A stretch of 64,000 nucleotides of DNA, taken from Turneriella sp. GTDB taxonomy: Bacteria > Spirochaetota > Leptospiria > Turneriellales > Turneriellaceae. The position numbers and the translations under genes are program-made. This document shows positions 58,274 through 64,000 of the stretch, one piece after another (within the stretch, counting starts at the first letter, position 1; each line of letters starts with the position of its first letter). The DNA lies in NCBI GenBank assembly GCA_965279515.1, contig CBDIID010000003.1:2816001-2880000 (forward strand). Reading direction: 5' to 3'. The notes beneath the pieces are model-generated. The model had not been told where the DNA came from. It did not search any database and worked only from the letters and a program-made list of their open reading frames with translations.

Positions 58274-59613
58274 AACGCCGCATCGTTTCGCTGTTTGCAC
58301 TGGCCGCCGTCCTTACGGGCGGTGTGGTTTTCCTGGGTGCAGCGCCGGGCGCAACGAAGAACATCCGCCGGATTTCCGAAGTACTCAATACGGGAGAGCC
58401 GTTTTCCATTATTGCGGCGATACCCGATGTCAGCGGCTTTACCGCAAAACTGCGCGAAGGCGATGCGATGCGCGCTTTTTTTGATTCGCCGCTGGGATTA
58501 CATTTTCTGCGCTCAGCGCCAACACGGGGCGCCGCGCATTTACACCGTCTTATTTCGCTGGCACCCAAATCGTGGCAGTGGAACCTGTATACACTGCTGA
58601 CCGACGGGCCGGTATTTTACCGTTCCGCGGGAAAAAAATTCTCCCTGGTTGTGGCTCTCAATAACCGCGGTAAACTCATTACCTCGCTGGTCGCCAATGC
58701 CCACGCCGCCAAGGAAGGTGATTGGCTGGTCATTGCTTCCGACAAAGAAACCCTGGAAGCGCAGCAAACATACCTGCGTAAACCCACCAGCCGCGAGTTT
58801 GCGCTGGATGCCTATCTGGGCGATGGCGTGACGCTGGCGATTGCGGTCGGTAATGCCGGCGATAGCGCGAAGAAAAAAAGCCTCACACGTGCGCTGTTGC
58901 AGCAGGCTTTCGGCGCAGAATCTTTTGCCGGGTGCAATTTCAAAATCAGGCCCGGTGGCGACGCGCTGGGCCTGGAGGGCGAATGCCCGCGCGGCAGCGA
59001 GGCTGTTGCGGGTGTGGATGAAAAAATCAGCCTGGGTAATTTTCCGGGTTATGCGTATTTCCGCAAAGCCGGTGCGAAAACGGCGCATGTCATTGCGCTG
59101 GGTGGCTTTGCAGCCGACGCGGGATACCTCATACCGCACCTCTTCTACTCGGGCCCCGCGACGGATCAAAAGAGCATCGAGTTCTTAAGCCAGGCGTTTA
59201 AGACGAAGGGACACAAGGTTGAGGTAAAAGGCGATGCCCTGCAAATTGTATATCCGTCACCGTATTCATACCGCGAAAAGAAAACCGACCTGTTTGCCCC
59301 GCACCTTGTGGCGAACCGCGAGCGCTTCTTCTGGCACAGCTATCTGGCCCTCAATGAAAAACCGCCCACGACGCTCAATGTCAGCGCCGCGTACAATTTA
59401 TTTGCTTCGGTGAAAATCTATCCGCTGCTGCACAACTCTGAGACGGCGCTAAAACAATTCGATGCCATTTATTCGCCCGGACATTTCAACGAGTTCCGCG
59501 ACGCGCTGGCGAAATCAGCGCCGACCCTGAAAAAGGCATCGCTGAAAATTTTTACGCAATCTGCCGGCAATAAACTCCGCATCGGCGGGGCGTTCAACTT
59601 TGCGGATATCTAA
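58270..59613 (+). CDS. Exported hypothetical protein
   Basis: Signal peptide; overlaps the upstream stop. Confidence 0.7.
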   Translation: MKRRIVSLFALAAVLTGGVVFLGAAPGATKNIRRISEVLNTGEPFSIIAAIPDVSGFTAKLREGDAMRAFFDSPLGLHFLRSAPTRGAAHLHRLISLAPKSWQWNLYTLLTDGPVFYRSAGKKFSLVVALNNRGKLITSLVANAHAAKEGDWLVIASDKETLEAQQTYLRKPTSREFALDAYLGDGVTLAIAVGNAGDSAKKKSLTRALLQQAFGAESFAGCNFKIRPGGDALGLEGECPRGSEAVAGVDEKISLGNFPGYAYFRKAGAKTAHVIALGGFAADAGYLIPHLFYSGPATDQKSIEFLSQAFKTKGHKVEVKGDALQIVYPSPYSYREKKTDLFAPHLVANRERFFWHSYLALNEKPPTTLNVSAAYNLFASVKIYPLLHNSETALKQFDAIYSPGHFNEFRDALAKSAPTLKKASLKIFTQSAGNKLRIGGAFNFADI

Positions 59614-60076
59614 GATTACCGCGTTTTGCGTTCTGGCCCTCGTTGGGCTGTTATTTCCCCTGGCTGCGGTTACGCTTGAAGGCCGCCTGCCAGGCGAATA
59701 TTTCCGGGAAGATAACCCGCCGCGTTTCGGGGCTTTGATGAGCTTCGTCTCTAAAATCGATTCGGTCGTCGTTGTTCACGCAAAGATCGAAAAGCCGGAC
59801 TACACGGTGGCGAAGCAGCTGGAAAAAATTGCCAAAGGTTTCAAAATCAAACCATCCGCCCTGGAGAAAGTTTCGCTCATCGAAGGCACGATGCGCTGGC
59901 TGCAGTATAAATTCCGTAAAAAAGAGGCGGGCGGGTTTGTCTATATCACGCGCCAGGAAAACCGTTTTATCTACCTGGTGATTTTTAATTTGCGTTACGA
60001 AACGTTATCGCGCGATCTGCCCTACATAGACCGCTACATTAAACAACTGCAACTCAAGGAGACACAGGATGAGTGA
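59600..60076 (+). CDS. Exported hypothetical protein
   Basis: Signal peptide; overlaps both neighbours. Confidence 0.65.
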   Translation: MRISKITAFCVLALVGLLFPLAAVTLEGRLPGEYFREDNPPRFGALMSFVSKIDSVVVVHAKIEKPDYTVAKQLEKIAKGFKIKPSALEKVSLIEGTMRWLQYKFRKKEAGGFVYITRQENRFIYLVIFNLRYETLSRDLPYIDRYIKQLQLKETQDE

Positions 60077-60542
60077 TTTGACAGGAACAATATTACCTAA
60101 GCTGGAACTGGCTTCTTCCGCCGGCGGGTCGGTTACCTTGCCCGACGCGCTGCAAGGCAAATGGAGCTTGCTGTATTTTTACCCGAAGGATGATACGCCG
60201 GGCTGCACCAAGCAAGCGTGCTCATACCGGGACAATATTACGGAGTTCACGAATCTCGGGGCACAGGTCTATGGTGTCAGTCTCGATGACCTCACTTCGC
60301 ATGCGGCTTTCAAAGAGAAATTTTCCCTGAATTTTCCTTTGCTGTATGATAAGGATAAACTGCTCAGCGAAACCCTGGGTGTCTATGGGGAAACAACGAT
60401 CAAGGAGCGCGTCTTCAAGGGACTCTCGCGTGATACGTTTCTGATTAATCCCGAGGGAAAAATCGCCAAGGTCTACCGGAAGGTGAATCCCCTGACCACG
60501 GTGGCGGAGACACTCGCCGACCTCAAGGCCAGCATCGGTTAG
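60069..60542 (+). CDS. bcp: Peroxiredoxin Bcp
   Basis: YFYPKDDTPGCTKQAC. Confidence 0.93.
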   Translation: MSDLTGTILPKLELASSAGGSVTLPDALQGKWSLLYFYPKDDTPGCTKQACSYRDNITEFTNLGAQVYGVSLDDLTSHAAFKEKFSLNFPLLYDKDKLLSETLGVYGETTIKERVFKGLSRDTFLINPEGKIAKVYRKVNPLTTVAETLADLKASIG

Positions 60543-60547
60543 GCGGG

Positions 60548-61480
60548 TTATCCCACCTTTTTTTTGTAGGCGATGTCGCCGGTGATGTCGCTCCACAGCG
60601 CGTGCAGGTCGGTGATCGGCGTGCGCACCGTGTGGAAATGGATCTGGAAGGCCAGCAAGAGGCTCTTTGCGTGGAAATAAGCGCCGGCGAAGCGTTTCTT
60701 CATAATATCTTCTTCGCAGTTGAGTGAAATAATCAAAATCTCGCGCGTCGAGAGAATGATGCTGCGGTCGGTGTCTTTAAGGATACTGTGCACATCTTGT
60801 TTCAGCTCTTCGAGTAGTTCGCGCGCAAAACTCTCTCCCGCGAGACTCACGTACTTGGTCAGCGATTCAAAATACAAGTAGGTAAAGGTGACCGGCTGCT
60901 TTTGTGCCAGCGTGCCCCTCGTCATATCGGCAATGAGGTTCTGCGTTTCCGGAAAAAGCAGGCCGATACGGTCGTCCTTCGAAAAGCTGGAAGGAAGATA
61001 ATAACGTTCAAAGACATATTTCAGGCGCATGAGATTATCGCCAATGGGCATTTCCTTGAGAGCCAGTGCCGCGATTGTATAATCTTGCTCGTGGTAGCCG
61101 CTGTGCAGGTAATGCAGGGCATATTTCTGGCCATTGTAGTCGAAGTCCATGAGACCTGCGGCATTTTTCTCACCGGCAGCGACGGTGGAGAAGATGGCCG
61201 GTGCCAGCGCCGGGAAAATGCCGTAACTATGCCGCGTGCCGGCACTCTTCATGTCGAAAATAAACACCGCGAAAAACAGGGCCTTCAGCGATTCGAAGAA
61301 TAAATAATATTCTATGTAGCGCGAATAGATGGCGTCTTTCTTATCGTCGAGGCGTTTTTTCCAGTAACCGATCAGGGTTTCGACCAGAGCGGCATCAATT
61401 TTCTTTTCTGCTACCAGGGATTTCAGGTGAGCGACATCGATCGTATGGAAGTCGAGATAGAGGCCGGTGCGTTTATCCAT
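60548..61480 (-). CDS. Hypothetical protein with a possible degenerate GGDEF-like C-terminal domain
   Basis: Overlaps the lipA stop; the C-terminal hydrophobic pattern aligns by eye with the GGDEF fold. Confidence 0.55.
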   Translation of the reverse strand: MDKRTGLYLDFHTIDVAHLKSLVAEKKIDAALVETLIGYWKKRLDDKKDAIYSRYIEYYLFFESLKALFFAVFIFDMKSAGTRHSYGIFPALAPAIFSTVAAGEKNAAGLMDFDYNGQKYALHYLHSGYHEQDYTIAALALKEMPIGDNLMRLKYVFERYYLPSSFSKDDRIGLLFPETQNLIADMTRGTLAQKQPVTFTYLYFESLTKYVSLAGESFARELLEELKQDVHSILKDTDRSIILSTREILIISLNCEEDIMKKRFAGAYFHAKSLLLAFQIHFHTVRTPITDLHALWSDITGDIAYKKKVG

Positions 61481-62342
61481 GGCTGCGCCGTTGCCGCTCG
61501 GCATTGAGTTTTTTCAGCGTTGCCTCGGCCATATAACTCGACCGTACAAAGGGACCGATTTCCGAGGCGAGGAATCCGCGCGTATCAGCGCTCTGTTCGA
61601 GTGCGGCAAATTCTGACGCGGAATAATTTTTCACCACCGGCGCCTGTTCGGGCGACGGGCGCAGGTATTGGCCGATCGAGACGATATCGATCGCTGCGGA
61701 TTTCATGTCGTCGAGCAGCGTTTCAACCTCTTCGGCTGTTTCACCGAGGCCCAGCATGAAGGCGCTCTTACGGATAATCTGCGGGTGCGCTGATTCGAAG
61801 AAGCGGAAAAACTGCAGTGACCGGTGGTAATCCGCCTGGGGGCGAATCGCCGGCGATAGGCGCGCCACGGTTTCCATGTTATGCGCAATGACTGCAGGCC
61901 CTGCTTCGGCGATGATATTCAGATGTTCGGCGCGGCCGTGAAAATCAGGCACCAGCAGCTCGACGGTGATACCGAGGCCGTTCAGGCTGCGCGTGATGCG
62001 CGCGAAATGGTGCGCGAGGCCCGCTTCGTCGTCGTCGCGCGCCACAGAAGTGATGACGAGGTATTTATATTTGCCATCGACCGCTGTGCGCACGATGTCA
62101 TCGTGTTCTTTCTCTGCGATCGACGCCAGCGCAACGGGTTTTGCGGTCGCAATATGGCAGAATTTGCAGGCGCGCGTGCATTCGCGGCCGCCGATTAGAA
62201 AGGTTGCAATACCCAGCGACGAACATTCATGGCGGTTGGGGCAGCGCGACTCTTCGCAGACGGTATGGACGTTTTTATAGGCAAGCAGGTTAACCCCGCC
62301 CTCAAAATTCCAGGGGATACGTTTGGCAATTGTCGGCGTCAT
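61473..62342 (-). CDS. lipA: Lipoyl synthase
   Basis: TVCEESRCPNRHEC, CTRACKFC, HNMETV, GQYLRP, VRSSY. Confidence 0.93.
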   Translation of the reverse strand: MTPTIAKRIPWNFEGGVNLLAYKNVHTVCEESRCPNRHECSSLGIATFLIGGRECTRACKFCHIATAKPVALASIAEKEHDDIVRTAVDGKYKYLVITSVARDDDEAGLAHHFARITRSLNGLGITVELLVPDFHGRAEHLNIIAEAGPAVIAHNMETVARLSPAIRPQADYHRSLQFFRFFESAHPQIIRKSAFMLGLGETAEEVETLLDDMKSAAIDIVSIGQYLRPSPEQAPVVKNYSASEFAALEQSADTRGFLASEIGPFVRSSYMAEATLKKLNAERQRRSHG

Positions 62343-63694
62343 GGTGTGCGTGAGGCTGCGTACAAGTACGCCGACTCCACCTGATCTGCCAAACCAATTC
62401 CGGAAAAGGCCCAGCCGGCAAAATGCACACCCTGGTGTTTTTCGAGCATGCCCTGGATCTCTTTTTTCCACTCACCGTAACCCGGGGCATAACGCGGAAT
62501 ACCGGGGTTATGGCGGAATACCTTGCTCCACAGCGGCTTGGTTCTAAATTTCAAAATACGCCCCAGCGATTCTTCGGCCAGGTCTGCGAGTTCGCCGTCT
62601 TTGAACAGGTCGCTGTCACCGGAGATCATGGTCTTCGTGAGAAACTGGCCTTCGGCCGCGCGCCCGGGAAAAACATTCGAGGCGAAGATCGTGCCGAGGA
62701 TAGCCGCGCGCTCTTTGCGCGGCACGAGAAAGCCGTAACCACCGGGTGAGAAATCCTTTTTGTTCCACGCGGCATAGACCACGTTGATCGGGGAGTATTT
62801 CAGCTCGCCGACCTTGCGTGAGAGCTCTTTGTCGTGGTCGCGCCAGATATATGAGAGATCTTCGCTGCCGATCGTGAAGACCACTTCGTCAAACGCCGCA
62901 TAGGGTTTGGCTTTCGAGCTTAAAACAGTGCGGCCGGATGCATCGCGATGGATACGCGCGATTTTATCTTTCACTGTTTCGACACCCATCTCGCCGAGGC
63001 GCGCGGTGAGCGCATTCGCTAATGTGCTCAGGCCGCCTTTGAAGCTGTAGATCCCCTTTTCAAAACTGACCCCGCCCAGTGCCTTGTCCCAGAATAATCT
63101 TCTCTCAGCGCCGTATTCCTTGAGGGCTGTTTTGAGCTTCGCGGTTTCGGTGATTTTGCGGTAAAGCCCGGGGAAAATGGATGAAAACTCGAGATCTTCG
63201 GCTTCACTGCCGAAAATGCCGCGTGCCATGGGTGACGCCAAATATTCCGCCGCGCTGAATCCCAATACATTACGCGCCGCGTCGAAAAGCGTAATCGTCG
63301 GCCAGAGTGAGAATTTTTTGCGCATCGCGAAGAAAATCTTGAACTTCTCGGGGAAAAACAGCAGCGAAGTGGTGATCAATCCGCCCGGCGATTTGGGTGC
63401 CGCGACTAAATAGCCGTCTTTCAGCACAAAACGTTTCGCGCTTTTTTTGTCTTCAAACAACAGCTCACCTTTCAGCCCCAGTTCTTGCGCTAATTGGTTA
63501 AAGAGGCCGGTGCGGTCGAGGTACGAATCGGGCCCGGGTTCAAGCTGTGCGCCCTCATGTATCTGCGTGGCGATATTGCCGCCGGGATTGCCCGGTTCAA
63601 AGAGACTGACGTCAGCATCGGGGAATTTCTTCTTCAGGTAGTATGCGTGGGTCAGGCCGGATATTCCGCCGCCAACGACTGCAATTCGGGCCAT
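62339..63694 (-). CDS. hemG: Protoporphyrinogen/coproporphyrinogen oxidase (HemY/HemG flavoprotein)
   Basis: VVGGGISGL, E.GPDSY, GYGFLVP, GIP.Y..G, GIGLAD. Confidence 0.88.
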   Translation of the reverse strand: MARIAVVGGGISGLTHAYYLKKKFPDADVSLFEPGNPGGNIATQIHEGAQLEPGPDSYLDRTGLFNQLAQELGLKGELLFEDKKSAKRFVLKDGYLVAAPKSPGGLITTSLLFFPEKFKIFFAMRKKFSLWPTITLFDAARNVLGFSAAEYLASPMARGIFGSEAEDLEFSSIFPGLYRKITETAKLKTALKEYGAERRLFWDKALGGVSFEKGIYSFKGGLSTLANALTARLGEMGVETVKDKIARIHRDASGRTVLSSKAKPYAAFDEVVFTIGSEDLSYIWRDHDKELSRKVGELKYSPINVVYAAWNKKDFSPGGYGFLVPRKERAAILGTIFASNVFPGRAAEGQFLTKTMISGDSDLFKDGELADLAEESLGRILKFRTKPLWSKVFRHNPGIPRYAPGYGEWKKEIQGMLEKHQGVHFAGWAFSGIGLADQVESAYLYAASRTP

Positions 63695-63791
63695 ACGTTG
63701 TGGCTTCGAAATTCGCACACCCTGACAATGAAAAAGCCATGGAAAACCAAAAATAGCTTTACAGAAAATAATGCAAATGGGGGGTTCAAAT

Positions 63792-64000
63792 ATGCTGCCC
63801 GCTACGGTCCGAGAAATTGCGGTAACCCCGATGGGGTTCGCCGCTGTGGTGAAACCCGAGTTTAAAGATAAGATTATTCCTATCTTTATCGGGCCATCGG
63901 AAGCCTATGCCATCTCAACCGTCTTACAAAATGAAAAGATGGAGCGTCCCGTCGGCGCCGATCTCATGCGCGCGCTGATCGAATCGTCAGGCGCGGGCCT
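63792..64000 (+). CDS. Bifunctional nuclease (DUF151) family protein; runs off the right edge; not in the ORF track
   Basis: MLPATVREIAVTPMGFAAVVKPEFKDKIIPIFIGPSEAYAISTVLQNEKMERPVGADLM (PIFIG..EA.AI...RP...DL motif); alternative ATG at 63771. Confidence 0.85.
   Translation, partial: MLPATVREIAVTPMGFAAVVKPEFKDKIIPIFIGPSEAYAISTVLQNEKMERPVGADLMRALIESSGAG

Noticed and set aside
1..64000. CRISPR array, tRNA/rRNA genes, IS elements or prophage
   Set aside because: No regularly spaced repeats, RNA gene signatures, transposases or phage genes were recognised by eye; a formal scan was not possible

Overview
Chromosomal window from a spirochete of the family Leptospiraceae, most likely Turneriella or a close relative. 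This is inferred from an FcpB flagellar-coiling protein, the spirochete-type fliK-flgD-flgE cluster, spirochete-style lipoproteins and a BLUF-adenylate cyclase. Most genes are housekeeping: late purine catabolism (allE, uraD, uraH), a split modABC, malate synthase, speE, radA, a caa3-type cytochrome c oxidase operon, tlyA/ispA/ndk/sucD/def/pdhB, lipA and hemG. There are also many cyclic-nucleotide and two-component signalling genes and one vapBC pair. No rRNA, tRNA, CRISPR array or transposase was recognised. The main observations not explained by the ORF track are: (1) a TTGAC[C/G/T] hexamer exactly 27-29 nt before the start codon of at least 14 genes, suggesting widespread leaderless, -35-dominant transcription; (2) an unlisted 52-aa stand-alone MshEN (c-di-GMP-binding motif) gene plus a sensor-GGDEF-EAL gene embedded in the purine catabolism cluster; (3) a shared post-lipobox motif C-x-S-W-x-R-F-W-E in two unrelated lipoproteins; (4) a P-type ATPase broken by a -1 shift that falls at an in-phase C_CCT_TTT heptamer; (5) two perfect parS sites inside fliK and flgD; (6) C-rich/G-rich palindromic repeats inserted in frame into proteins; and (7) a decayed Clp-fold protease relic. 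All gene assignments are from motif recognition only; no database searches were run.
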